Below are positions 17,398 through 27,234 of a stretch of 55,670 nt of DNA, piece after piece; positions within the stretch are counted from its first letter, which is position 1; every line of letters starts with the position of its first letter. The DNA comes from an uncultured bacterium (GTDB lineage: Bacteria; Patescibacteriota; Minisyncoccia; Phycocordibacterales; CAINVO01): the NCBI GenBank assembly GCA_903854195.1, contig CAINVO010000026.1, positions 1 to 55,670 on the forward strand, read 5' to 3'. A program made the translations under genes and the position numbers. The notes under the pieces are model-generated. The model was not told the DNA's origin. It saw only the letters and a list, made by a program, of their open reading frames with translations, and did no database searches.

Positions 17398-17821
17398 CTA
17401 TTTCGCCAAGTTTTTCAGCAAGCTGATCGGCCTGCTTCATAACTTTTTCCTTGTATGCCTGCCATGCGGAATCATTCCAGATTTCTACACGACTATGCAC
17501 ACCAGCGAAGACCACCTTTCCGGACAATCCGGCAAAACTTTTTAGATGATCTGGAACAAGGATACGACCTGCTGAATCAACATCTATCTCTGACGCTCCT
17601 GCTAACATGAAACGATTGAATCCTCTTGTATCTGCCTGACCCATGGAAAGACCGCCGATTTTCTCAGCAATCTTTGACCATTCCTTCATTGGATACAAGA
17701 AAAGACAATTATCCAAACCATGCGTAACAACAACAGTCTTTCCAAGTTCCTTACGAAACTTGGAAGGCAATGATATGCGCTTTTTTTCATCTAGATTGTG
17801 TGTGTATTCGCCTATTAACAT
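17387..17821 (-). CDS. mraZ: division/cell wall cluster repressor MraZ
   Basis: GEYTHNLDEKKRISLPSKFR, DSAGRILVP, VEIWN. Confidence 0.97.
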   Translation of the reverse strand: MLIGEYTHNLDEKKRISLPSKFRKELGKTVVVTHGLDNCLFLYPMKEWSKIAEKIGGLSMGQADTRGFNRFMLAGASEIDVDSAGRILVPDHLKSFAGLSGKVVFAGVHSRVEIWNDSAWQAYKEKVMKQADQLAEKLGEIGVI

Positions 17822-17841
17822 TGGTTTGTTTTTATTAATTT

Positions 17842-17908
17842 CCCACTTCCTCCCACTTAGTTACATTTTATACCACTTCACTACCCTTGTGCAACACAGT
17901 TATCCACA
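17842..17908 (-). promoter_or_regulatory. mraZ promoter region with MraZ boxes and a consensus DnaA box
   Basis: GTGGG repeats 10 nt apart (17842-17846, 17852-17856), GTGG at 17874-17877; TTATCCACA at 17900-17908. Confidence 0.7.
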
Positions 17909-18090
17909 TAAAAACACCTTTGTTTGAGCCATATTTTTATAAAAGTTTTATGTGAATTTTATATTGAAATTTTATTCAAAAAAATGTAAAAAATTTGTAG
18001 AATTTTCATGAAAATTCGACTAAAAAATAAAGTTTTTTGAAAAAAACAGCTAACCAATGTTAGATAAAAAAGGTAACAATTAGATAATAA

Positions 18091-18132
18091 AAAACGCCCC
18101 GACCAGAATTGAACTGGTTCGGGGACGTGTTT
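18091..18132 (-). terminator. terminator hairpin
   Basis: CCCCGA-CCAG...CTGG-TTCGGGG with an upstream A-run. Confidence 0.65.
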
Positions 18133-18195
18133 AATGTTTAATTAACTTGTGAATGACCGATAACTATTATTGATCGGTTTACCAACTTGGTAGCT

Positions 18196-19035
18196 TTAGT
18201 AGCTACGGCAACCTGCAACCTCTCGGATATCTTCCGATGGCGGAACGCTGTCAACAACTTTTTCCCTTTCCGTGCGGGCGGCATTTCTCACTGAGAACTG
18301 CTTGCATGGATTGTAGTTACAGGCAATGTAGTTTTGTTCGCCGAAATGACGAACATAGTACATGTAGCCTGAAAAGTTATTTTTCCAGAGCTCTTCGACG
18401 GCTTTCAAGGCTTCGAAGTTCCCAACCGCTACCGGTTTGCCGTACAAATTATCCCTTCGATAAACTTTATACACAGGCGGCACGATGCGAGCAATGATTG
18501 ACCGCCATGCAGTGTTGTAGGACTGATACAAACCAAACTCAAGGACCGTTTCTTGTCCGAGCTCAAGCTTGTATCTGAACCCTGGCTCAAAGCATTTTTT
18601 CAACCCAGCATCATCTTTGATTGCAGGATTTTCCACTGCCAGAACCATGCGACTGCCGACCTCGATCTTGGGAATTGGGATTTGCTGATTTGGTTTTCTC
18701 GAACCCTTGTTCATAAAAACAGGATAACGAGTTCCTTCAATCGCATATACCGGTGAGGGTTTTGAATCCATAACCCTCACTTCGTAGTCAAAACCCAAAC
18801 TCACCCACGCAACATCTGTTGCTTGAATGACAAGGGGTGTAAGACCAGTGACAACCCCGAAGCGGACATCGTAAACATCCGCCCCCAGAGCTTCATTATC
18901 GGTGAAGACAAGGGCTTTATCTTCCCGCAGTGAAAAAGTTTGTGCTTTCGCAGTATTACTTTTTACTTCAGGTTTTTTGCCTTTGCCATCACCTCTTTTT
19001 GTGGAAAAATTTTTCCACTTTTTCTTTTTATTCAA
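18196..19035 (-). CDS. hypothetical protein
   Basis: 279 aa with Lys-rich N-terminus and AAGGAG RBS. Confidence 0.75.
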   Translation of the reverse strand: MNKKKKWKNFSTKRGDGKGKKPEVKSNTAKAQTFSLREDKALVFTDNEALGADVYDVRFGVVTGLTPLVIQATDVAWVSLGFDYEVRVMDSKPSPVYAIEGTRYPVFMNKGSRKPNQQIPIPKIEVGSRMVLAVENPAIKDDAGLKKCFEPGFRYKLELGQETVLEFGLYQSYNTAWRSIIARIVPPVYKVYRRDNLYGKPVAVGNFEALKAVEELWKNNFSGYMYYVRHFGEQNYIACNYNPCKQFSVRNAARTEREKVVDSVPPSEDIREVAGCRSY

Positions 19036-19175
19036 ACTTTCTCCTTTGTTGTATCAAAGATCCTCTTGTCCTCCAGGGACAAGTAAATCCCTGACAGGTT
19101 TTTTAACTGTCTAGAATTATATCATATATTATGAAAATGTCTATAGTATGCAATATATTCCAACCCTCACAATAT

Positions 19176-20729
19176 CTACTCTACTACCTCTTCTAAATCA
19201 TCATTTCCTTCTTTTTTAGGTCGCATTAGTGGAAAAATCTGAGCTTCACGAACAGGCTTATTTGCTAGAAATGCAAATACACGTTCTGACATACCAAATC
19301 CACATGTTGGTGGCATACCATACTCTAAAGCCTCCACAAACTCATGTGCAAACATTTGAGCCTCGTCATCACCCGCTTCACGCAAGGCAGATTGAGCAGC
19401 AAATCGTTCAGCTTGATCAATTGGATCATTAAGCTCACTATAGCCGTTACCTAGCTCGCTACCTGCAATCAAAGGTTGAAAACGTTCAACAATATTAATA
19501 TTTTTCTCTGAGGATTTTGCCAATGGAGAAATTTCTTTTGGAACCCCAACCAAAAAACCCGGACCAGAAATTTTTCTTCTGCAATATTTCCAAAGTGTAT
19601 CTATGGCACGACTCTTGTTCCATCCTTTTTTATCATACTGAACTTTAAGATCATTGAGTTTACTTTCTATCTCTGACAAATCAGCAGTAGATATATCAAC
19701 TCCTGTCATTTTTTTGATAGTTTCTGTGTAGTCAAAAATCTCCCAAGTTTTTCCAAGGTCAACATGGTGATCACCAATAGTAAATTCGAGTGTGCCGAAT
19801 GTTTCAAATGCAACATGCTTATAAAGTCTCTCTACAAGTTCCATTCCTTTTTTGTAATCAGCATATGCCCAATAAAACTCAAGCTGTGTGTAGTCTTGTA
19901 AATGTTCCGCTGACATACCTTCATTACGAAAAATACGGCCTATTTCAAAAACTTTTGGATAGCCAGCAACCATTAATTCCTTTTGCCAAAGCTCTCCTGC
20001 AGAAATTCTCAAAAAAACATCTAGATCCAAAGAATTGTGATGTGTGGCGAACGGACGAGCATCGGCTCCTCCAGTAGTTGTTTCAAGTATGGGTGTTTCA
20101 ACTTCTAGAAAATTTTCCTTTTGCAAAAAAGTTCTAACGGCATTCCAGAATTTTGCTTTTTTAATAAACAAATCTCGAATGTCTTCATTAAACAAAATGT
20201 CTAAGTATCGTCGACGAAGTTTTTCTTCAACATCCTGAATACCATGCCACTTTTCTGGAAGTGGACGAAGCGATTTGGATAGCATTTTCCATGACTCTAC
20301 AGCTATGGTTTTTTCACCGCGCTTTGTTACAAAAAGTTTTCCAGAAAGCTCCACAAAATCGCCAATATCTACAACCTCATTAAAAAAATCAAAACCATCA
20401 AGTGATCCAGACTCTAAGTTCTCCAAGTCATTAACACCGTTCACAGAAATTTTTACACCTTCTTCTTTTTTCAAAAGTCCCTGAAATTTTGCAGTACCAT
20501 CATAAACATGCAAGAAAATAAGACCACCTTGTGGACGAAGAGACATGACACGTCCAGCAAGAGTCACAGATGTCGCGGCTCCAGATAATTCCTCAAAACA
20601 AGTCTGTTCCAAAACTCCAGCAAGAGAAAAACCACGCTCTGTTCGAGCAGGGTATGGATTTATTCCGGCATCCTTAATTTTCTGAAGCTTATCAAGCCTC
20701 ACTTGCCTAACCTCTTTGTATGATGACAT
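19176..20729 (-). CDS. lysS: lysyl-tRNA synthetase (class II)
   Basis: RRRYLD, EVETP, GGADARPF, FRNEG, GGFGMSERV-like motif 3 (CGFGMSER). Confidence 0.97.
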   Translation of the reverse strand: MSSYKEVRQVRLDKLQKIKDAGINPYPARTERGFSLAGVLEQTCFEELSGAATSVTLAGRVMSLRPQGGLIFLHVYDGTAKFQGLLKKEEGVKISVNGVNDLENLESGSLDGFDFFNEVVDIGDFVELSGKLFVTKRGEKTIAVESWKMLSKSLRPLPEKWHGIQDVEEKLRRRYLDILFNEDIRDLFIKKAKFWNAVRTFLQKENFLEVETPILETTTGGADARPFATHHNSLDLDVFLRISAGELWQKELMVAGYPKVFEIGRIFRNEGMSAEHLQDYTQLEFYWAYADYKKGMELVERLYKHVAFETFGTLEFTIGDHHVDLGKTWEIFDYTETIKKMTGVDISTADLSEIESKLNDLKVQYDKKGWNKSRAIDTLWKYCRRKISGPGFLVGVPKEISPLAKSSEKNINIVERFQPLIAGSELGNGYSELNDPIDQAERFAAQSALREAGDDEAQMFAHEFVEALEYGMPPTCGFGMSERVFAFLANKPVREAQIFPLMRPKKEGNDDLEEVVE

Positions 20730-20750
20730 ATGGAAGAATAATACTACAGA

Positions 20751-21215
20751 TTACTCTATTGAGACAATAACGTACTTTACTTCACCAGATGGAGTTTTTA
20801 CAACAAAATCATCATCTTTCTTTTTTCCAAGCATAGACTGTCCAAGTGGTGACTTGAATGATATTTTTCCTGAAGCCATGTCTGTTTCTTCTGAACCTAC
20901 AAGCTTGTAGATTTTTTCAACTTTTTCTGTAGATTTTTTAACATGAACAGTTGAACCCACTTCAACAATAGTACTGTGGTGAGGTGTGACAATTTCAGCT
21001 GATGTCAAAACTAATTCTAGTTTTGAAATACGATCTTCGACTGCGGCTTGCGTCTCGCGTGCTTCGTGATACTCAGCATTTTCAGAAAGATCACCTAATG
21101 ATTTAGCAAATTCCAAATCATCTGCGACTTCTTTGCGCTTTACTTTTTTTAGAAAATCGAGTTCCTTTTGCAATTCTTCGAATTTTTCTTTTGTTAAGTA
21201 TTCTTTTTGGCTCAT
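20751..21215 (-). CDS. greA: transcription elongation factor GreA
   Basis: GDLSENAEYHEARE, ISFKSPLGQSMLG. Confidence 0.97.
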   Translation of the reverse strand: MSQKEYLTKEKFEELQKELDFLKKVKRKEVADDLEFAKSLGDLSENAEYHEARETQAAVEDRISKLELVLTSAEIVTPHHSTIVEVGSTVHVKKSTEKVEKIYKLVGSEETDMASGKISFKSPLGQSMLGKKKDDDFVVKTPSGEVKYVIVSIE

Positions 21216-21346
21216 TTGTTGTTTTGTTTAGAGCTAATTAGACGCTAACCGGCCTATTAGTGTCGCAAGTTTACACCAAAAACGGGTTTGGGTCAATGTT
21301 GAATTTTTGTCAAAAATATGACTATTTTTAGGCGTATTTTGTTAAC

Positions 21347-23092
21347 TTATTTTACGTATTCAGGAGCGTTGGTATTTAGCCAATCTACAAACGATCTCAT
21401 AGCTGCAGGAGCACCCAAAGCATAGTGGGCTGGTCCATGCTCCAGAAGGACGGCAAAGGCATAGTCAGGACTCTTATATGGCCAAAAACCAACTATCCAG
21501 GAGTTGATATAAAGCTTCTGAGTGCCAAGTTCCGCTGTACCAGACTTTGCAGCTATCTCAACTCCTGGGACACTAACAGCTTGTAGAGTACCTGTAGTAA
21601 CAGCCATTCTCATTCCTTCACGTACTATTTCATAAAGATCAGAACTGATGTGTGGTAAATCAACAATGTTTGGAGTTGAACTCGCAATGTCTGTAACAAT
21701 ATTAAGAGTTGAAGTCAGAGATGAACTTGCTGATGTCTGAGAAATAATTGTTGGTGTAATCAAGTGGCCATTATTAGCGATCGCGGAAACAGCTCTCACC
21801 ATTTGAATAGGAGTAACTTGAAAACCATATTGACCAATAGATGTATTGTAAGTATCTCCCAATCTCCATGTTGGATCATTTGGAAATGTTAATGCCTTCC
21901 AATCAACGGTTGGCACTGTTCCCTTTTTTCCAGAAAAGAATGTTCCTTCAGTGGATGATCCTAAACCAAACATGCTGGCATACTTATCTAAGTTTGTAAC
22001 ACCCAGACCTTTTTGACCTTGATATCCTCCACCAATTTCATAAAAATAAACGTCTGACGAAACGGCAATAGCTTCTCTAACATCTGTCCAACCATTTGCT
22101 CTCCAGTCTTTAAATACGGCAAAACTACCTGGCTTATAGGGATTTGGTACTGAAATAGATCCAGTACTTAATATTTTTTTATTAGCATCAATAACACCCT
22201 CATTGAGTGCGGCGAGAGCAAAAATAGGTTTTACAATAGATCCGGGAGTATACAAACCTGTAGTTACACGGTCCAAAAATGGGTTACTTTTATCAGAAAG
22301 ATAAGTTTTGATTTTTTCATTATCAATATGCTGAGTCATAACATTTGAATTGTATTCTGGATATGACACAGCGGCCAAAACCTCACCTGTATGCACATTC
22401 ATTAGAACTCCAGCTCCCCCAACAAATCCTGAAGTCTGTGCCGTATTGGCCACTGACTGGTACATAGCATGCTGAAGTCTTTCATCAATAGAAAGCATAA
22501 TATTATCCCCTTTTACAGGAGGCCTAATAGTACTTTCTGAAAGAACCTTACCGACTGCATCTGTTTCTGTAATCTTCAGGCCATTTTCACCAGTAAGACT
22601 ACTATTATAAAATTTTTCAATACCATCATTGCCTGTGAATTTATCATTATAGTAAAAACCTGACGTATCCTTGGCTGGATAACTTACATACCCAAGAAGA
22701 TTTGATAAACCTGAATCATCAGTATACATACGCAAAGCATAATCTGTACTTGTTGGATTCACTTCATTCCAGGCAAGCGGTGTACCGAACCGATCATAAA
22801 TAACCCCCCTTTCTGCAAACATGAGAGTATGCTGAAGCGCATTGTTTTGACTAATATTGGCATACATTTTTCCATGAAAAATCTGCACCATAAAAATTTT
22901 TCCGGCAAACAAAATACTGATTATCGCAAAAAATGCACCTATGATGTACACATTCCTTCTTGGAATAGCTTTCTCTATGCGTCCTTCAAATTGCTCAACA
23001 TTAAAATCTGGCAAGTTACTAGAGTCCAGAAAAATTTCATCTGGATCAATTTCATGACTACTATTTCTAGATCTTTTTCTACTGGAAAACAT
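21347..23092 (-). CDS. mrdA: penicillin-binding protein 2 (MrdA)
   Basis: SIVK, SSD, KSGT; follows mreBC. Confidence 0.88.
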   Translation of the reverse strand: MFSSRKRSRNSSHEIDPDEIFLDSSNLPDFNVEQFEGRIEKAIPRRNVYIIGAFFAIISILFAGKIFMVQIFHGKMYANISQNNALQHTLMFAERGVIYDRFGTPLAWNEVNPTSTDYALRMYTDDSGLSNLLGYVSYPAKDTSGFYYNDKFTGNDGIEKFYNSSLTGENGLKITETDAVGKVLSESTIRPPVKGDNIMLSIDERLQHAMYQSVANTAQTSGFVGGAGVLMNVHTGEVLAAVSYPEYNSNVMTQHIDNEKIKTYLSDKSNPFLDRVTTGLYTPGSIVKPIFALAALNEGVIDANKKILSTGSISVPNPYKPGSFAVFKDWRANGWTDVREAIAVSSDVYFYEIGGGYQGQKGLGVTNLDKYASMFGLGSSTEGTFFSGKKGTVPTVDWKALTFPNDPTWRLGDTYNTSIGQYGFQVTPIQMVRAVSAIANNGHLITPTIISQTSASSSLTSTLNIVTDIASSTPNIVDLPHISSDLYEIVREGMRMAVTTGTLQAVSVPGVEIAAKSGTAELGTQKLYINSWIVGFWPYKSPDYAFAVLLEHGPAHYALGAPAAMRSFVDWLNTNAPEYVK

Positions 23093-23333
23093 TTAAGAAT
23101 TGTACCCTTTTTCTGATAAAGAAAGAAATGATGATTATAATGTAAGCAGATATCTCAAAAATATGGCCGCCATACAAGGTATCAATACACCATCCAGCAA
23201 GGATTGCTTCAAAATAAAGTGGGAAAAGTAGCGCCGCAGAAAATCCAATAAAAACTCCACACCACCAAGGAAAAATGGCGATGGAAACATACAAGAGAAT
23301 ATCAACTATAATTCTATATGTATTTTTTGACAT
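23079..23333 (-). CDS. small membrane protein at the MreD position
   Basis: 84 aa, highly hydrophobic, between mreC and mrdA. Confidence 0.6.
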   Translation of the reverse strand: MSKNTYRIIVDILLYVSIAIFPWWCGVFIGFSAALLFPLYFEAILAGWCIDTLYGGHIFEISAYIIIIISFFIRKRVQFLNVFQ

Positions 23334-23389
23334 TAAAGTATAAATTTAATTTAAACTCTCAACCATCTGTATCAAAATAGGAGTTAAAG

Positions 23390-24463
23390 CTAATCAGAAA
23401 TTGATACTGAAACAAACTCAACTCTATCAACGTTTATTGGTTGCTTAAAATATAAATAATCAAAAGCATCTCCAGGTGCACCATCTACAGTCGCAATACT
23501 ACCCAAAACTATTGGTGAAAAATGTGCAATTGTAACTGTATCCCCAACCTCAGCACCTGCATTTTGAGGAAGCTTAATACGGAATCCTCCACCACCAAGA
23601 CCTTCAGCAACCCCTGGAATATTCTTCTGTCCGATCAAGACGTCATTTTTCTGAGCACTTGATGAATATAAAGTTACTCGTGATGTGTTAGAGAAAACTT
23701 CAGTAATTACACCTACAGCCAAGTTACTATCAACATTTTTCATTGAAGAGAGAGGACTTGATACGCCAGTAGAAGTTGAAACTGTTGTGTGAGAAACAGC
23801 CTTTTCAACCAAAGTTGTTGTCTTGTGCTTTGTCGTTGTGGCAACTGTACTCGTTGCAGTTGTAGTTGTTGAAAGTGTGGCTGTTCCAGACAAGTCTATG
23901 TTGTTTGAGGTGTCAGTTGCAGATGAAGTAGCTGTACCAACTTCAGAAGTTGACGAACCTACATCATTAGAAATTGATATATTTGGTGCATAAACAATAT
24001 CACCAACCTTGATACCGCTATTAGATCCAAGATCTAAAACAAAAGTATCATAAGGAGAAAAAGGAGGTCGAGTAATTAGAGCTGCGGCTATACGCTTTTC
24101 TTTTACAGGATGATTGAGCATTGCTTTTAAAGACACATTTTCATCAAGCAAAATTTTTCTATCAAGAAGCGCTGCGGACTGAAGAGTTACTTGATCTTGT
24201 AGTTTTTTATTTTCATATACCAAATCATTTTTGGAAGAAGTTATTGCTCTAAAAACTAAAGCTGTATTTTCACCAGCAGCACGAGTAATTGAATTAAAAG
24301 GAGCCGCAATGGTGGCAACAATTTTAATAGATACACCTGGGGCGATCAATCTAAAAATTACTAGAATGGCAACAATAACAGCACCGCCAAATACAGCTAT
24401 CCCGTACGGACTATTTCTACGTCTCCTGCTGTGATTATCTTTTTGGAGGTAGGTCATCTTCAT
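23390..24463 (-). CDS. mreC: rod shape-determining protein MreC with Thr/Ser insertion
   Basis: TM + coiled coil; PPFSPYDTFVLDLGSNSGIKVGD, VGVITEVFSNTSRV, GLGGG. Confidence 0.9.
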   Translation of the reverse strand: MKMTYLQKDNHSRRRRNSPYGIAVFGGAVIVAILVIFRLIAPGVSIKIVATIAAPFNSITRAAGENTALVFRAITSSKNDLVYENKKLQDQVTLQSAALLDRKILLDENVSLKAMLNHPVKEKRIAAALITRPPFSPYDTFVLDLGSNSGIKVGDIVYAPNISISNDVGSSTSEVGTATSSATDTSNNIDLSGTATLSTTTTATSTVATTTKHKTTTLVEKAVSHTTVSTSTGVSSPLSSMKNVDSNLAVGVITEVFSNTSRVTLYSSSAQKNDVLIGQKNIPGVAEGLGGGGFRIKLPQNAGAEVGDTVTIAHFSPIVLGSIATVDGAPGDAFDYLYFKQPINVDRVEFVSVSISD

Positions 24464-25496
24464 TTTGAATTAGAATTTCTTGATATTCATCCAAATCTTC
24501 TAGAATAATACCGGTGCCACGCGCAACTGCTGTAAGTGGATCCTCTCCAACATATACTGGTATACCAATATAGTCCTGAAGAAGTTCTCTCAAACCTTTT
24601 ATAAGTGCACCTCCTCCAACCAAGTAAACACCTTTGTGCATGATATCTGAAAGAATTTCTGGTGGAGTAGTTTCTAGAACTTGCTTAACCGCCTCAATTA
24701 GATTGTCTATTGATCCACCAATAGCCTCACGTAAATCTGAATCCGTAATAACAACTTCTCTTGGAAGGCCAGTAACCAAGTCACGACCACGTATCGCAAC
24801 TTCAAGTGGTGGGTTTGCAGGAAGAACAGCTCCAATAGCCATCTTCATTGTCTCTGCGGTTTTTTCTCCAATTAAGATTTTGAACTCACTTCTAATATAT
24901 GAAATAATATCTGTGTTCAATTTATCTCCTGCGATCTTCAAACTCTTTGAACGCACTATACCCCCTAAAGAAATAACGGCGATGTCAGAAGTCCCTCCTC
25001 CAATATCAATAATCATACTGCCTACAGCTTCTTTGATAGGTAAATGTATACCTACAGCTGCGGCCATAGGTTCCTCAACGATGTACACATCGCGAGCACC
25101 TGCATTTTTAGTGGCGTCGCGCACAGCGCGACGCTCCACATTTGTAATACCAGTAGGCACTCCCACCACTACTTTGGGACCAAGCATTTTTTTAGAAGAT
25201 TCTTCTGCCTTTCGTATAAGATATGCAATCATCTCTTCTGTAACTTCAAAATCTGAAATCACTCCATCAACAAGAGGTCGCACTGCAACAATGTGTGCAG
25301 GTGTACGCCCGAGCATGGCCTTTGCTTGGGCTCCCACAGCAACAACACGCCCAGTCTTTTGGTTAACAGCGACAACGGAAGGCTCATTAAGAACGATTCC
25401 CTTTCCAGAAACATAAACAAGAGTATTAGCGGTACCTAGGTCAATACCTATATCATTTGAAAGCATATTCGAGATGGCTGTAGTAAATCTTTTCAT
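24435..25496 (-). CDS. mreB: actin homolog MreB (operonic copy)
   Basis: GIDLGTANT, EPSVVA, EEPMAAA, DIGGGT, GGGAL. Confidence 0.96.
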   Translation of the reverse strand: MKRFTTAISNMLSNDIGIDLGTANTLVYVSGKGIVLNEPSVVAVNQKTGRVVAVGAQAKAMLGRTPAHIVAVRPLVDGVISDFEVTEEMIAYLIRKAEESSKKMLGPKVVVGVPTGITNVERRAVRDATKNAGARDVYIVEEPMAAAVGIHLPIKEAVGSMIIDIGGGTSDIAVISLGGIVRSKSLKIAGDKLNTDIISYIRSEFKILIGEKTAETMKMAIGAVLPANPPLEVAIRGRDLVTGLPREVVITDSDLREAIGGSIDNLIEAVKQVLETTPPEILSDIMHKGVYLVGGGALIKGLRELLQDYIGIPVYVGEDPLTAVARGTGIILEDLDEYQEILIQNEDDLPPKR

Positions 25497-25531
25497 GTTT
25501 GTTTTTCAGAATAATGAGTTGAAATGAATAA

Positions 25532-26782
25532 TTATAGTTGTCCTTCATTCATAAATGAAACTTCTCCTGTTGCACGGTCCTTTACTTCGATCTGCCCACT
25601 CTGCAAAGTCTTTTCGCTGATAATAATCCTTTTTGGAATACCTATCAAATCTGAATCAGCGAACTTTTCTCCAGGACGAAGATCTCGATCATCCACAAGT
25701 ACAGAATTACCACTTCGCTCAAGTGAAGATACCAAATCTTCAGCATATGAACATACCTGTGGATCCTTCTGAGAAAGAATAATCACATGGACGTCAAAAG
25801 GTGTAACTTCTTTTGGCCAAACTAAACCCTTTTCATCTGCCATGACTTCAACAATGGTACCCATTAAACGTGGAATTCCAATACCGTAGCAACCCATAAC
25901 AACAGGTTTAGCATCACCTGCCTCATCTGTAAAAGTAAGACCTAGTGGCTCTGAAAACTTTGTTCCAAGTGCAAAAATATTTCCAACCTCAACTGCCTTT
26001 GCCTCAACAAGTGACTCCCGAGTTACCCCAATTTCTGTGAGTGCATCTTTTGCAGCATTTTCATCATCCAAAATTTCTTTATTGATAGCAATGCCTTTTT
26101 CTTTACTAATATAAATAATATCCTCTCCGGCATCACACACCGTCTGAAACTCATGAGAATACTTACTAAAAATTCCACCTGTTGCAAAAGTGATAAATGT
26201 TTTATCACTCAAACCCACTCTTTTAAAAATATTTAAGTATGCTTTCTTTGATTTTTCATAAAAAGCATCGTGCTCTTCTACTGAGCGAGAAAATGAGTAT
26301 AAATCTTTCATTAAAAATTCACGTCCTCGCATAATGCCGCTCTTAGCGCGAACTTCATTGCGAAACTTTGTTTGAAACTGATAGACATATGCAGGAAGGT
26401 CTCTAAAAGATCTCACGTGATCGCGCATCAAATTGGTTATAGGTTCCTCATGAGTAATAGCCAGGGCAGTCTCTGAGTCACTCTTAAATTTTGTTTTAAA
26501 CCAATTGTCTACGACAGTATCATCCCATCGTCCTGTTTTTTCCCATAGATCTTTGTTCTGAAGTGCAGCAAGAGAAACCTCCTCACCCCCTAGGGCATTC
26601 ATCTCTTCACGAATAATGGTTTTTATTTTTTCTATTACTCTAAGACCAAGTGGTAAATATGAATACACACCAGCCATGTCTTTATGAATAAAACCAGCGC
26701 GAATAAGCAACTCGGCATTTTTTGACACCTCATCCTGAGGCGCCTCCCGACGTGTTTTTGTGAAGAGTTTTGATTGAAGCAT
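25532..26782 (-). CDS. proS: prolyl-tRNA synthetase, short form without editing domain
   Basis: 416 aa; GVYSYLPLG, FRNEVRAKSGIMRGREFLMKDLYSF, VEVGNIF, MGCYGIG. Confidence 0.95.
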   Translation of the reverse strand: MLQSKLFTKTRREAPQDEVSKNAELLIRAGFIHKDMAGVYSYLPLGLRVIEKIKTIIREEMNALGGEEVSLAALQNKDLWEKTGRWDDTVVDNWFKTKFKSDSETALAITHEEPITNLMRDHVRSFRDLPAYVYQFQTKFRNEVRAKSGIMRGREFLMKDLYSFSRSVEEHDAFYEKSKKAYLNIFKRVGLSDKTFITFATGGIFSKYSHEFQTVCDAGEDIIYISKEKGIAINKEILDDENAAKDALTEIGVTRESLVEAKAVEVGNIFALGTKFSEPLGLTFTDEAGDAKPVVMGCYGIGIPRLMGTIVEVMADEKGLVWPKEVTPFDVHVIILSQKDPQVCSYAEDLVSSLERSGNSVLVDDRDLRPGEKFADSDLIGIPKRIIISEKTLQSGQIEVKDRATGEVSFMNEGQL

Positions 26783-26825
26783 GCTGAAAGATTAGCACGA
26801 AAAGAGCAAGCTATAAAGTTGACAC

Positions 26826-27218
26826 TTACTCGTTTTGTGTTGACATTGATTCTAGACTTTCACCGTAGAGTTGATCTTCGATAAGTTCTATTTCTGTGTC
26901 TGGTATAGCCTTTATGTCATCGAGAAAATGTGGATTTGCAATTATCATTCTGTGAAAAATTTCACCAAATTTTCTAGAGTATTTTATTCCCCATTCAGTT
27001 TGAAAAGCATGTCTGACATTGTCATCAGAAAAATCTACACCATTCTCGGCTGTCTCTTTTCTTATCATTCTTCCAACAAGTTCAATCTGCAAAAAATTCC
27101 TAAGGCGCAAGAAAACTGGCTCATTATCAACTGTGATTTCTGCCGCTGGATATTCCATCCCAGACCAATCTCTGCCCGCAGCGTTTCCTCCAGCAAATTC
27201 TTTAGAAAAATAGAACAT
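26826..27218 (-). CDS. hypothetical acidic protein
   Basis: 130-aa ORF co-oriented between rseP and proS; start uncertain. Confidence 0.6.
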   Translation of the reverse strand: MFYFSKEFAGGNAAGRDWSGMEYPAAEITVDNEPVFLRLRNFLQIELVGRMIRKETAENGVDFSDDNVRHAFQTEWGIKYSRKFGEIFHRMIIANPHFLDDIKAIPDTEIELIEDQLYGESLESMSTQNE

Positions 27219-27234
27219 GGTGTTTTGAAAAAAA

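Noticed and set aside
24634-25416. 260-aa + strand ORF, and similar shadow ORFs over mreB2, priA, lysS, rsmH
   Set aside because: Antisense to well-conserved genes; explained by codon-pattern shadowing; no RBS or family motif
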